IMG/VR virus record: IMGVR_UViG_3300027631_000002
Coordinates: 1-64,000 of that record
Source: a virus
Direction: 5' to 3' (one strand)
Length of the DNA: 64,000 nucleotides
Shown: piece after piece, positions 1 through 9,027 of the stretch
Layout: each line of letters opens with the position of its first letter
How positions within the stretch are numbered: position 1 is the stretch's first letter
Position numbers and translations under genes: made by a program
The notes under the pieces: generated by a model
Told to the model about the DNA's origin: nothing
Seen by the model: the letters and a program-made list of their open reading frames with translations, nothing else
The model's database searches: none

Positions 1-168
1 TCTTGGATTAGAAGGTGATGTTGCTGGTTTAACTGCATCAGTTCTTGGATTAGAAGGTGATGTTGCTGGTTTAACTGCATCAGTTCTTGGATTAGAAGGT
101 GATGTTGCTGGTTTAACTGCATCAGTTCTTGGATTAGAAGGTGATGTTGCTGGTTTAACTGCATCAGT
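1..168 (+). repeat. 42-bp coding tandem repeat, 4 copies visible (may continue beyond the window edge)
   Basis: Unit TCTTGGATTAGAAGGTGATGTTGCTGGTTTAACTGCATCAGT repeats exactly at 1, 43, 85 and 127. No spacers. Confidence 0.95.
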
Positions 169-298
169 TATTGATTTACAAAACACATTTAGTAATATAA
201 ATGGTAGTTTTAATTTCCTATTAAAAGTTGGTGGTGTTACACAGTCTGGAACATTTAGTTTTACAGATGGTATTTTAGCTACTTATAGTTTAGTATAA
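2..298 (+). CDS. 3' end of a coiled-coil fibre-like (tail fibre/fibritin-like) protein, partial
   Basis: Frame 2 reads (LGLEGDVAGLTASV)x4, a double heptad, then IDLQNTFSNINGSFNFLLKVGGVTQSGTFSFTDGILATYSLV*. Stop at 296-298. Confidence 0.6.
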   Translation, partial: LGLEGDVAGLTASVLGLEGDVAGLTASVLGLEGDVAGLTASVLGLEGDVAGLTASVIDLQNTFSNINGSFNFLLKVGGVTQSGTFSFTDGILATYSLV

Positions 299-318
299 TT
301 TTAAAAAATTTAAAAAAT

Positions 319-347
319 AAAAAAGAGACTTTAAAAGTCTCTTTTTT
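319..347. terminator. bidirectional intrinsic terminator
   Basis: AAAAAAGAGACTT-TAA-AAGTCTCTTTTTT between convergent genes. Confidence 0.85.
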
Positions 348-750
348 ATTTATATCCAAAGTCTGCTTCATTCTCACCCCATTTACCAGTTTCCCATTTA
401 TGAACTAACTTAAAATAACCAGGTAGTTTAGAAAGATGGTTCTCAGCTCTATTCATAAGATTTATTGAACGTTCCGTTCTAGCATTAGAAACTAATGTTG
501 ATTTTGATTTCTTATTTCTAACCCATGCAATTGCTGTTTGACTATCTGAATAAACATGTGTATATCCATTTTTAATTGCATAGTCAATTGCGTGAACTAA
601 ACCAATAAATTCTGCAATGTTATTAGTTGAGTCACCAATGTTTACATTGAAAATTTCTTTACCTGTTGCTAAATCTACTGCTTTATATCCAGCTGGACCT
701 GGATTACCACGACTAGAACCATCGACACAAATTCCTGATGTTGGTTTCAT
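346..750 (-). CDS. rnhA: ribonuclease HI (Bacillus halodurans/Bacteroidota type, no N-terminal hybrid-binding domain)
   Basis: CVDGSSRGNPG, TNNIAEF, YSDSQTAIAWV and KWETGKWGENEADFGYK catalytic motifs. Confidence 0.92.
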   Translation of the reverse strand: MKPTSGICVDGSSRGNPGPAGYKAVDLATGKEIFNVNIGDSTNNIAEFIGLVHAIDYAIKNGYTHVYSDSQTAIAWVRNKKSKSTLVSNARTERSINLMNRAENHLSKLPGYFKLVHKWETGKWGENEADFGYK

Positions 751-751
751 A

Positions 752-1114
752 TTATTCTTCTTCGTTTTTTAAAATTTCGTTAAGTTTCTTGTCTCTTATA
801 TATTCTAAGGTTGCTTCTTTAAATCTTGTTTCTGTGTATTCATATGGCTCCGCATGTGAAACTGAGTCCCAATCTGGAGAATCCCAAGAAGAGTATGAAC
901 CTTCTAAAAGAACATACATATTACACTCAATAAAGTGTAGTGCAATTGTCCATTCGTTTCCATCACCATAGTGTTGATCGTAAATAGTTGGTACTTCCTT
1001 ATGTAATTCCTTAATCCATTTACCTTCTACTTCCCCGTTATAAATTTCATAGAAAAAGTTTGTATCATTAGCTTTAACCTTTTCAATAATTTGTTCTCTT
1101 GTAAAAATTCCCAT
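752..1114 (-). CDS. hypothetical protein with C-terminal RDxKL motif
   Basis: 120-aa ORF ending YIRDKKLNEILKNEEE. Confidence 0.75.
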   Translation of the reverse strand: MGIFTREQIIEKVKANDTNFFYEIYNGEVEGKWIKELHKEVPTIYDQHYGDGNEWTIALHFIECNMYVLLEGSYSSWDSPDWDSVSHAEPYEYTETRFKEATLEYIRDKKLNEILKNEEE

Positions 1115-1118
1115 TGTT

Positions 1119-1832
1119 TTAATCTTTTATTGTTTTATATTGTTCGTAAAATTTTGAGTTTGTTGCATTCCAGTAATAATTATCCCAATTTTCGATAATA
1201 AAGTCTGATAACCAAACTGGATGTAATCTTGTTACTAGATTTTGTTGTGCCATATTATAAGCTGCCTTTGCTGGTAAATGTCCTAATCTTTCCATTGCAA
1301 TTACAAATGCTTCTTCATAAAGAACTTCTTTTCTTTCATCTTCTGTTAAATCATAGAACTTTTCTGGACTTGGATTTAGATCATTGACAATCATTTTCAG
1401 ATAAGTTGGTACAGGATTTAACATCTTATGTAAATCATCGTGATTTACTTTTCTCTTAACTCTATCATCAAAGAACTTACCTGGTTTAACTTCAAAGTCT
1501 GTTCTATGTTGTTCTCCGTGTACACTTACCCAATGTTCTCTTAATTGTGTAAGAAAAGATGGTATTACTTTACAACCTTTCATTTGTAGAAATCTAATGT
1601 CAGACATAGTTTTCTTCCAATTGATGTCATAAATTGCGTGACTTACTTTCAAAGTGTAAATCTCGTCGGCAGTCATTTCTCTATCAGGTGTATTTGGGAT
1701 AAAATAGTATTCCTCTTTTCCAACAATAGATTTTTTTAATTTAGTTATATCATTGGTAACCCAATCAATATCTTTAGGTTCTCTAAAGTCACTAAATAAT
1801 TTTTTGATAAGGTGTGATCCAAATAAATACAT
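1119..1832 (-). CDS. phage nucleotidyltransferase-fold-like hypothetical protein
   Basis: N-terminal FGS...DID pattern and LKVSH motif of a family I recall from large phages. Confidence 0.5.
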   Translation of the reverse strand: MYLFGSHLIKKLFSDFREPKDIDWVTNDITKLKKSIVGKEEYYFIPNTPDREMTADEIYTLKVSHAIYDINWKKTMSDIRFLQMKGCKVIPSFLTQLREHWVSVHGEQHRTDFEVKPGKFFDDRVKRKVNHDDLHKMLNPVPTYLKMIVNDLNPSPEKFYDLTEDERKEVLYEEAFVIAMERLGHLPAKAAYNMAQQNLVTRLHPVWLSDFIIENWDNYYWNATNSKFYEQYKTIKD

Positions 1833-2201
1833 TTATATTATGTTTGTTGTTATTCCAGACGTTGGAATATATTTTGTTTTAATTTGCTCTAAAGCCATAA
1901 AGTAAAGTTCTTCATAAACTTCTCTTACATTTTTACCACGATTTATCTCTTTGATAAAGGATAAAAATTCTGTATAAGGTAGTAAAAGTTTTCTACTACG
2001 GTGTGTGTCAAAATCATCTAAGATAGTAATAATCATTTCATACTTCATCTTCATATCAGCAGTTTCTAATAGGTATGAGATTCTTTCGTCAGAAGAGTTC
2101 TCTAAAGCTAGTTTAGTATCTTCAAACGTTTCACCTCTTACCCAATCTCTGTGAAGATTGATAATTTGATCTAATTCTTTCTGTCTATTTGTATCTAACA
2201 T
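1833..2201 (-). CDS. hypothetical protein
   Basis: 122-aa ORF abutting its neighbours. Confidence 0.65.
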   Translation of the reverse strand: MLDTNRQKELDQIINLHRDWVRGETFEDTKLALENSSDERISYLLETADMKMKYEMIITILDDFDTHRSRKLLLPYTEFLSFIKEINRGKNVREVYEELYFMALEQIKTKYIPTSGITTNII

Positions 2202-2485
2202 TATATTTTGCCTAAGATTGTTTGTTTCATTTCTCTAACTTCATCTTTGGTAAAACCATTGATTGTTAGACTGTCATTACCAGTAGTTTCAATTGTAATT
2301 GTTGAAAATCCAATTAGTGGACTATCAATATTTACTGATGCAATTTTAGAAAAAGGAATTGTTTTTTCTTTATTGTTGAATAATCCGGGTTCGATAATTG
2401 TAACAGAGCTATCAGTGATTGTAATTTTGTGTGGAAATACCTTACTTACTCCTGCCGCTAGTTTAGACGCTTGATATACTTTCAT
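2201..2485 (-). CDS. bacterial PH-domain protein
   Basis: GLFNNKEKTIPFSKIASVNI...FSTITIETTG pattern. Confidence 0.7.
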   Translation of the reverse strand: MKVYQASKLAAGVSKVFPHKITITDSSVTIIEPGLFNNKEKTIPFSKIASVNIDSPLIGFSTITIETTGNDSLTINGFTKDEVREMKQTILGKI

Positions 2486-2516
2486 ATTTAGTTATTTTAT
2501 TTCTACAAAGATACGA

Positions 2517-3974
2517 TTATTTTTCTAATTTCAAAATTTCTGAACTATTTTTTCTAATCTCTTTACATAATTCTTTATTATTATTTAAAGATTGTCCATA
2601 AGAAGGAATCATTTCTTTTAATTTTTCTGTCCAATCTTCATTCTTAAAACATTTCTCAATTAGATCTAACATAATAGATGTTGCTGTTGATGCACCGGGA
2701 GAGGCACCCAATAAACCAGCAATTGTTCCATCAGCAGAGGTAATAACTTCTGTACCAAACTCTAATATACCTTTTCCTTCACCATCTTTTTTAATAACCT
2801 GAACTCTTTGACCCGCGGTTTCTAAAATCCAATCTTTTGATTTAGCAGTTGGAACATATTCTCTTAAAACCATCATTCTATCTGCTCTAGATTGACGAAC
2901 TTGGTCAATTAGATACTTTGTTAGTGGAATGTTTTTTAAGCCAGCACCCATCATTGGGATGATGTTATTCAATCTAATTGATGTAAATAGATCCCAATAA
3001 GAACCATTTTTAAGAAATTTTGTTGAAAATCCAGCATAAGGTCCAAATAGTAACTCTTTTTTACCATTTATCATACGACTGTCTATGTGAGGAACAGACA
3101 TCGGTGGTGCACCAACTCCGGCTTTACCATATACTTTAGCATTGTGTTTTTCGATAACTTCTAAATTAGTACAACGTAACCATTGACCACTAACTGGAAA
3201 TCCACCATAACCTTCGATTTCTGGAATACCAGATTTTTCTAATAAATGAAGTGAACCACCACCTGCACCAATAAATACAAAGTCTGATTCTATTTTTCTT
3301 TTTTCATTGGTAGATAAGTCTTTAACTTTAATTACCCATTTACCTTCTTTATTTTTTAATTTTTTTACTTCGTGATTAAAATGTAGTTCTACACCATCTT
3401 GTGATTTAAGATAATCAAACATACTTCTGGTTAGATTACCAAAATTCACGTCAGTACCAATTTCATTTTTAGTCGCTGCAACTTTTTGATTTTCTTTACG
3501 ACCTTCCATAACAAGTGGTGCCCAAGATTTGATTGTATCAAAATCTTCTGTGTATTCCATATCTTGAAATAAAGTATTTGGTTTTAAAGTGCTATATCTT
3601 GTTTTTAGGAAGTTTACATTTTCTTGACCCCATACAAAACTCATATGTGGACTTTGTTTAATAAAAAATTCTGGTTTAACAATTAGGTTATTCTTAACTA
3701 AATAAGACCAAAATTGTTTAGATACTTCATACTGTTCGGCGATTTGAATTGCTTTATCTGGATTTATTGAACCATCTGGATTTTGTGGTGTATAGTTTAA
3801 TTCACAGAACGCTGAGTGACCAGTACCTGCATTATTCCAAGCATCGGAACTTTCTGCGGCTGCAGAGTCTAATCTTTCAAAGATTTGTATATTTAATTCA
3901 GGATCTAATTGTTTAAGGATTGTTCCTAATGTGGCACTCATAATTCCAGCACCGATAAGTGTTATATTTTTCAT
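2517..3974 (-). CDS. mqo: malate:quinone oxidoreductase
   Basis: LIGAGIMSATL FAD motif, ESSDAWNNAGTGHSAFCELNYTP, GAPPMSVPHID, AGQRVQVIK and LLGASPGAST. Confidence 0.97.
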   Translation of the reverse strand: MKNITLIGAGIMSATLGTILKQLDPELNIQIFERLDSAAAESSDAWNNAGTGHSAFCELNYTPQNPDGSINPDKAIQIAEQYEVSKQFWSYLVKNNLIVKPEFFIKQSPHMSFVWGQENVNFLKTRYSTLKPNTLFQDMEYTEDFDTIKSWAPLVMEGRKENQKVAATKNEIGTDVNFGNLTRSMFDYLKSQDGVELHFNHEVKKLKNKEGKWVIKVKDLSTNEKRKIESDFVFIGAGGGSLHLLEKSGIPEIEGYGGFPVSGQWLRCTNLEVIEKHNAKVYGKAGVGAPPMSVPHIDSRMINGKKELLFGPYAGFSTKFLKNGSYWDLFTSIRLNNIIPMMGAGLKNIPLTKYLIDQVRQSRADRMMVLREYVPTAKSKDWILETAGQRVQVIKKDGEGKGILEFGTEVITSADGTIAGLLGASPGASTATSIMLDLIEKCFKNEDWTEKLKEMIPSYGQSLNNNKELCKEIRKNSSEILKLEK

Positions 3975-4050
3975 TTATATTATATAAAATTATTGTACAA
4001 AGATACAAAAATTATCTAAAAACAACTAACTAATTTGGTATATAAGTGTT

Positions 4051-4320
4051 ATGAGTAAATTATTTAAAAAGTTAAGAAAATTCTTTTTTGGAGAAACATA
4101 TCAGGAGGTTCTAGATCGAAAATATGGTGGTTCAATTCCTACTAATATGTTTGTAAATGATAGAGAGTTAAGTAAGGCTGGAGAAAAAAGAACTTATAAG
4201 ATTACGATTACTAATACTCCTACTAGTACAGGAGCATCTCTATATAATGCTTTTTATCCACACTCTTTAAACAAACATATTTTTAGAAAAAGAAAAATTT
4301 CTAAATTATTTTCAATTTAA
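4051..4320 (+). CDS. hypothetical protein with C-terminal RxxKI motif variant
   Basis: Ends IFRKRKISKLFSI. Confidence 0.6.
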   Translation: MSKLFKKLRKFFFGETYQEVLDRKYGGSIPTNMFVNDRELSKAGEKRTYKITITNTPTSTGASLYNAFYPHSLNKHIFRKRKISKLFSI

Positions 4321-4349
4321 TTTTATATCTTTACTAAAATTATTTACAA

Positions 4350-4838
4350 ATGACACAAAAACAAATTTTCTTAAAAAATATAGTAGATTCAACTATGAGT
4401 ATTAGCTTAGATCAATCCGTTAGTGTTGAAACACTTGATGCATTTCATTTTAATAATAAAGCAATAAATGAGAAGTCTATTAAGTTTGAGTATATATTGA
4501 GAAATTCGGAGACAAAGTATTTTTTTAGTATTACTTTTTATAAGACAAGTAAAAAAGGTTTTTTCGGATCAGATAAAAGTCAATTTTATTTAAGAATCGA
4601 CACAAGAATGACTACACAGTATTCATCCTCTAGTGTAGGTACAGACTTCATTACTAATGAAACAGGTGATATTGAACTATTAAAAAGAATGTTTAATTTT
4701 TTAAATGATCGAATTGAAGAGAAGCGAATTAAGAAAGAAGAAGATTCATACTTATTAAGAAATAAAGAATTAGTTAAATTTATAGATAAAAGTTTAACTC
4801 GTGATGAGAAGCTAAAAGATTTACTACAAGATAAATAA
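4350..4838 (+). CDS. hypothetical protein with C-terminal RDxKL motif
   Basis: Ends LTRDEKLKDLLQDK. Confidence 0.75.
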   Translation: MTQKQIFLKNIVDSTMSISLDQSVSVETLDAFHFNNKAINEKSIKFEYILRNSETKYFFSITFYKTSKKGFFGSDKSQFYLRIDTRMTTQYSSSSVGTDFITNETGDIELLKRMFNFLNDRIEEKRIKKEEDSYLLRNKELVKFIDKSLTRDEKLKDLLQDK

Positions 4839-4869
4839 AAACTTATCTCACAAAATTCATATAACTACT

Positions 4870-5013
4870 ATGAAAACACTAGTAATTTTAATAGGTATAG
4901 CAGTAGTTATAATGATAGTCACATTATGGGTTAGTGGAATTGATTATATGAAAAAAAATCATCCCGACTATAAAGGAAAAGATTTATTTGGAGAAGATGA
5001 TGAAGATGAATAA
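4870..5013 (+). CDS. small single-TM membrane protein (47 aa, not in ORF track)
   Basis: MKTLVILIGIAVVIMIVTLWVSGIDYMKKNHPDYKGKDLFGEDDEDE*. Confidence 0.65.
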   Translation: MKTLVILIGIAVVIMIVTLWVSGIDYMKKNHPDYKGKDLFGEDDEDE

Positions 5014-5452
5014 GATACTAATTATATTCCTACTTGGAATAGTAACAACCTTTGCACAAACTACAAAGGTTATGGGAACAACTCTTACCTATAATAAAAA
5101 AACTAAAACAATGTTATTATCTATGTCAGATACTACTTTTTTAGTTTCAAATAATTCTGATTTAGATACAGAAGTAAAAATTGTTAGAGAGTATGATTTA
5201 ACAATGAAAATAAATGGTGTTGAATACTCTATGACAGAACCTTATTTCTGGACATATGGATATAGACATGATATGTTTTGGGCTTTTACAACTGAAAGAC
5301 CAGCGAATTGTAAAAGTATATCTAAGAGCGGAATTGATTATACTTATAAGTTTTCAAATGTAGTACCAGGTGAGTACATTCTTATAGTTACAAGAAGGTG
5401 TGATGAAAAATATGTACTTAAAAGATTATCAGGATCAATTATTGTAAGATAA
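5006..5452 (+). CDS. secreted hypothetical protein
   Basis: Signal-peptide-like MNKILIIFLLGIVTTFAQ. Start moved to the in-frame ATG at 5006. Confidence 0.6.
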   Translation: MNKILIIFLLGIVTTFAQTTKVMGTTLTYNKKTKTMLLSMSDTTFLVSNNSDLDTEVKIVREYDLTMKINGVEYSMTEPYFWTYGYRHDMFWAFTTERPANCKSISKSGIDYTYKFSNVVPGEYILIVTRRCDEKYVLKRLSGSIIVR

Positions 5453-5453
5453 T

Positions 5454-5849
5454 ATGGAAAAGAAACCTGATGCAGTCGTTTGGACTAGAGAGAATGGATA
5501 TGATGCTAAATTTAGATCATATCCAACCAGTGTTAGTGCACCATCTTTTGATTTACCAGATATACCAAAAATAAAAAATCTTGCAGCTAAAAAGATGTAT
5601 GATGTTTTTGATAGAGAACGTTTAGAACTTTTGGAAAAAGCAGAAAAATTATATGATGAATATAATATGTCTATAATGGTTTGGGAATCTAAGATTTCTT
5701 TTGAACCTGTTATAGGAGGTAAGTATCACTTATATGATTTTAGTGGCGAGAAAACTTTATCACTTATTGCACCAAATGAATGGAACAAAAGCGAGTATTT
5801 TATAGGTACTTTTATTCTAAACCATGATAATAAATGGATTAAAAAATAA
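5454..5849 (+). CDS. DUF2452-like protein (Bacteroidota family)
   Basis: YPTSVSAP, FEPVIGGKYHLY and LSLIAPNEW resemble DUF2452. Confidence 0.6.
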   Translation: MEKKPDAVVWTRENGYDAKFRSYPTSVSAPSFDLPDIPKIKNLAAKKMYDVFDRERLELLEKAEKLYDEYNMSIMVWESKISFEPVIGGKYHLYDFSGEKTLSLIAPNEWNKSEYFIGTFILNHDNKWIKK

Positions 5850-5880
5850 CTTTTTTGTTTTTTATAATATAAATTTTACT

Positions 5881-6336
5881 ATGAAAATAATTATTACACT
5901 AATACTTTTCTTGATTCTAGGTTGTTCTTCTGATTCAGAGATTATCCCACCTATTATGTCATATAATTACTCTAATAATGAGATTGGTCTTGTTGATTTA
6001 GTAAATAATTACAGAACTAATCAGGGACTTTCTACATTAGAAATAAATCAACATATTGGATATTTATGTTCTATACATAATCAAAATATGATTGAAACCG
6101 GTATTGTAGGACATCAAAATTTTGAATCGAGGACAAATAATTTAAAACTAACTATGCAAGTTACCTATGTTTCTGAATTGGTTGCAAAGAATTATTCTAC
6201 TAATCAATCTGTTTTAAACGCATTTTTAAATGTTCCCTCTTGTAAAGAAATACTTGATGGAGATAAAGATAGGATTGGACTCTCAATTGTAGAGTCTGGT
6301 GGTAAGAAATACTACACACTTATACTTATAAAATAA
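5881..6336 (+). CDS. CAP (SCP-like) domain lipoprotein
   Basis: Lipobox LGC, LVNNYR, HNQNM, GHQNF, ELVAKNY. Paralogue of 41809..42276. Confidence 0.8.
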   Translation: MKIIITLILFLILGCSSDSEIIPPIMSYNYSNNEIGLVDLVNNYRTNQGLSTLEINQHIGYLCSIHNQNMIETGIVGHQNFESRTNNLKLTMQVTYVSELVAKNYSTNQSVLNAFLNVPSCKEILDGDKDRIGLSIVESGGKKYYTLILIK

Positions 6337-6363
6337 AAATCCACTCATTGAGTGGATTTTTTT
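6336..6363. terminator. bidirectional intrinsic terminator
   Basis: AAAAATCCACTCA-T-TGAGTGGATTTTTT. Related CCACTC/GAGTGG stems recur near 28204, 32271 and 48290. Confidence 0.85.
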
Positions 6364-6739
6364 ATAGTATATTACTTTCTATTAAGAGTGCTTCCATTTT
6401 AACCCAGTCTATATAAGGATTTGTTGAATAACTCCAATTGTAGATTAAAGGGCAACCAATTGCAGTATCATCTATTATTAAATCGGCATGTGATTTAGGA
6501 GAATTGGTCCAAGATCTCTGTGTTGGATTACTATTTATTCCATAAAGTGTAATATCATTTTCTTTAAACCAATCAACTGCTTCTTTAAGATGTGAATTAT
6601 TACCTCTCATAGTAAATAAAATTAGTTGATGTCCTTTTTTAATCAATTTTTTTAATACAGGTACTGCACCTATGTCTTTTCCAACTAGTGGATAAGCGTG
6701 AGTTACAACAGAACCGTCAAAGTCCAGGTTTATAATCAT
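6362..6739 (-). CDS. HAD-superfamily hydrolase (capless)
   Basis: INLDFDGSV motif I, LFTMR motif II, ADLIIDD motif IV. Confidence 0.8.
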   Translation of the reverse strand: MIINLDFDGSVVTHAYPLVGKDIGAVPVLKKLIKKGHQLILFTMRGNNSHLKEAVDWFKENDITLYGINSNPTQRSWTNSPKSHADLIIDDTAIGCPLIYNWSYSTNPYIDWVKMEALLIESNIL

Positions 6740-7098
6740 AAGTAAAGTTTAATTAAATCTATTAAAACTAAGGATATTTTATATCCTGCAAATGCACCAA
6801 GTGCTGATGGTATTGGAAATACAATAAGTTTACCTAAGTCAGTTACATATTTTGGTCTATTTACAATTCTTCCCATAAAGAAGTAGTAAACTAGATAACC
6901 AATTAAAACTGCTATATCTGTTCTGGTTGCGATGAAAACTACTAGTGTAGCTCCTAAGAACCCAAATATAAAATTGTCCCTTAAACCTTCCCAAATCTCT
7001 TTATTGGTAGCATTTTTATACTCTTTGTATATTTTACTGTGTAATTTATGTTTTTTTGGTTTTGGTGTTACCGTACCGAAATCTGTTTTTTGTTCCAT
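6736..7098 (-). CDS. hypothetical membrane protein
   Basis: Several hydrophobic segments. Confidence 0.7.
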   Translation of the reverse strand: MEQKTDFGTVTPKPKKHKLHSKIYKEYKNATNKEIWEGLRDNFIFGFLGATLVVFIATRTDIAVLIGYLVYYFFMGRIVNRPKYVTDLGKLIVFPIPSALGAFAGYKISLVLIDLIKLYL

Positions 7099-7101
7099 TT
7101 C

Positions 7102-7272
7102 TTATATATAAGCAAGTTGTGTCCTTTTACTAACATTCCTTTTGTGAATATATTTTAGTAAAGGTGTTTTAAAGTGTATTCTTTCTTTTTCTGTTTTTAC
7201 TTCTTTTTTTATTTCTGTTATTTTACTTGATGAACAAGAAGTTATCAAAAGTAATAAAATTATGTATTTCAT
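7102..7272 (-). CDS. small putative lipoprotein (56 aa, not in ORF track)
   Basis: MKYIILLLLITSCSSSK... lipobox. Fills the gap between two genes. Confidence 0.5.
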   Translation of the reverse strand: MKYIILLLLITSCSSSKITEIKKEVKTEKERIHFKTPLLKYIHKRNVSKRTQLAYI

Positions 7273-7273
7273 A

Positions 7274-7555
7274 TTATTTAATATTTTCTAGTTTCTCGTC
7301 TCTGTAATATGGAATTAAATCAACATTGAAGTTACCACTATAATCATAATCACCTGCACCATATTTATATTCTACACTAATTGTATTTTCATCAATGATT
7401 ACACACTTATCATAGTGATGCCAACCTTGGTCAAATTTTTTAGGATCTCTAGGAAAATTCTCATTATATCTTGCTTTTGCAAAATCATCGAGTTTTTTTC
7501 TATCTTCTTTAACACTAATTAAATTTTTTACTGATTTTTGTAATTCTGAACTCAT
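7274..7555 (-). CDS. hypothetical protein with C-terminal RDxKL motif
   Basis: Ends YYRDEKLENIK. Confidence 0.7.
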   Translation of the reverse strand: MSSELQKSVKNLISVKEDRKKLDDFAKARYNENFPRDPKKFDQGWHHYDKCVIIDENTISVEYKYGAGDYDYSGNFNVDLIPYYRDEKLENIK

Positions 7556-7761
7556 TATTCGTCTTTATATTTGGTTGTTAAGTGATAGTAATCACATTGT
7601 TCACATCTATATGCTACTAATATTGTATCTTTTTTAGGATATTTTTTATTTAAGTATTCTGAATTTACTTGTGCCAGTGTAAGAGTTTCCCATCTTACTT
7701 TGGAAGTTCTATTTGCAGACATACAAACAACTTCACCGTTATCGTTTATTAAGTAATTCAT
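7555..7761 (-). CDS. small protein with possible Zn-ribbon
   Basis: AYRCEQCDYYHLTT. Confidence 0.6.
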   Translation of the reverse strand: MNYLINDNGEVVCMSANRTSKVRWETLTLAQVNSEYLNKKYPKKDTILVAYRCEQCDYYHLTTKYKDE

Positions 7762-8044
7762 TTATCTTTTCATTTCTTCGTTCATCTAAATGAATTTTAT
7801 CTCTCATCAACATTTCAACTGTTAAAGAAATAATACCTCTGTAGTATTCAATTCCTACGTCAGTATCATTTTTAAGTTCTTCTACTATCTGATCTGAGGT
7901 TAAACCTTGTCTACCAGTAATAAATATTCTATCTCCCACTTTTTCATAAGTAGAGATAAGTAAGTCTTTTAATTTTTGTTCTAATGTTATTTCTTCCATA
8001 TGTATTCTTGATTTCCTTGTAAAGACCAATTCATTTTTATCCAT
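7739..8044 (-). CDS. hypothetical protein with C-terminal RNEKI motif
   Basis: Ends RRNEKINELLNKR. Start MDKNE lies just after a TATCTTTG promoter box. Confidence 0.7.
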   Translation of the reverse strand: MDKNELVFTRKSRIHMEEITLEQKLKDLLISTYEKVGDRIFITGRQGLTSDQIVEELKNDTDVGIEYYRGIISLTVEMLMRDKIHLDERRNEKINELLNKR

Positions 8045-8104
8045 GTAGCAAAGATAATAAAAAAATCCCAAAAGAACTAACTTTTGGGATTTTTCTTTCT
8101 AAAT

Positions 8105-8190
8105 GGTGGAGCTCAACCTTCCATTCGCGGGAAGGTCTATCCACCTCGGTTACGTTTCCACGAAGGAAAGAGGCTTGACCGGCACCTGAG
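8105..8190 (-). ncRNA. unassigned GC-rich structured element in the 3' trailer of tRNA-Cys
   Basis: Nested stems GGTGGA/TCCACC and ACCTTCC/GGAAGGT in AT-rich context, followed by a terminator near 8059-8094. Confidence 0.4.
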
Positions 8191-8194
8191 ATAG

Positions 8195-8264
8195 AGGCGG
8201 AAAAAGGAATCGAACCTCTGTGTAGGAACTTGCGGTCCCTCGCCTAACACTCAGCCATTCCGCC
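8195..8264 (-). tRNA. tRNA-Cys(GCA)
   Basis: Acceptor GGCGGAA/TTCCGCC, U73, anticodon arm AGGGA-CCGCAAG-TTCCT, T-loop TTCGATT. Has C33 instead of U33, and no encoded CCA. Confidence 0.85.
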
Positions 8265-8306
8265 ATTTGTTCTACAAAGATAGAACTTTTTTTATATAAT
8301 AAAAAA

Positions 8307-8942
8307 TTATTTTGTTGTTAAAATCAATCTATCTATTCCAAGTGCGAAACCTATCCCAACATCATAGGAACCACCACCACAGATTTGTTTTTGTGCTCCT
8401 AACTCTGGACAAGCAATTTCAAATCCTTTACCACCAGTGTAGTAGTCAAGTCCTCTTGTTGCGTCTAAGTTTACTTCGTAGTTATCAGTTGCTAACTCAA
8501 TTAGTTTAGTTGCAATCTCTAACATTTCATCAGTCATATCTTCAGTTGGATTGATTACTTCAACACCAAATTGCGTGAATTCACGGTAACGCCCAGCTTG
8601 TGGTTTTTCTCCACGAAAACATTGTCCAATGTAAAATAACTTAACGTTCTTTGTCATTTTAAATGTTTCGTTAGCGAGCTGTTGTACGACTGCGGTATAT
8701 TCTGGTGCCAAACAGATGTCTCTGTTACCTCTATCGGTAAAAGTGTACATCATGTTGTTATTTTCTTCACCTACTTTACTAGCAAATGTTTCAGTTAGTT
8801 GAATAACTGGGATCATCATTTCTTGATAACCATAGGATTCCATAATATCAATCATTTGATTTAGTAATCTTCTTTTGTTTCTAGCTGTTTCACCAAAAAC
8901 TATCCTCGTACCTTTGTACGTTTTACTTGTCTTTATCTCCAT
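8307..8942 (-). CDS. hisS: minimal histidyl-tRNA synthetase-like protein (catalytic core only, 211 aa)
   Basis: KGTR, LAPEYT, FRGEKPQAGRYREFTQFGVE, RGLDYYTG, GGGSY and IGFALGIDRL. Ends right after motif 3. The track start at 8981 lies inside the terminator, so 8942 is used. Confidence 0.85.
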   Translation of the reverse strand: MEIKTSKTYKGTRIVFGETARNKRRLLNQMIDIMESYGYQEMMIPVIQLTETFASKVGEENNNMMYTFTDRGNRDICLAPEYTAVVQQLANETFKMTKNVKLFYIGQCFRGEKPQAGRYREFTQFGVEVINPTEDMTDEMLEIATKLIELATDNYEVNLDATRGLDYYTGGKGFEIACPELGAQKQICGGGSYDVGIGFALGIDRLILTTK

Positions 8943-8964
8943 TTTAATAATATATTTTTTTAAT

Positions 8965-8995
8965 AAAAAAGCCCAGATCATTATAATCTGGGCTT
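8965..8995 (-). terminator. attenuator terminator upstream of mini-hisS
   Basis: mRNA AAGCCCAGAT-TATAATG-ATCTGGGCTTTTTT. Confidence 0.85.
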
Positions 8996-9027
8996 ATGTT
9001 TAAATTAGCAATTTTTAAGACATATAC

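Noticed and set aside
1-168. CRISPR array
   Set aside because: The repeats are contiguous with no spacers and keep an open reading frame, so this is a coding tandem repeat.
8105-8190. Theta/HDV-like ribozyme in the tRNA-Cys trailer
   Set aside because: GCGAAU and the position are suggestive, but I could not assemble P1, P3/L3 and P1.1 in the required order on either strand. Kept only as an unassigned structure.
8307-8981. HisZ (ATP-PRT regulatory subunit), and ORF start at 8981
   Set aside because: No hisG nearby, HisRS catalytic motifs are intact and the protein is much shorter than HisZ. The 8981 ATG lies within the terminator hairpin. HisZ-like function is not formally excluded.
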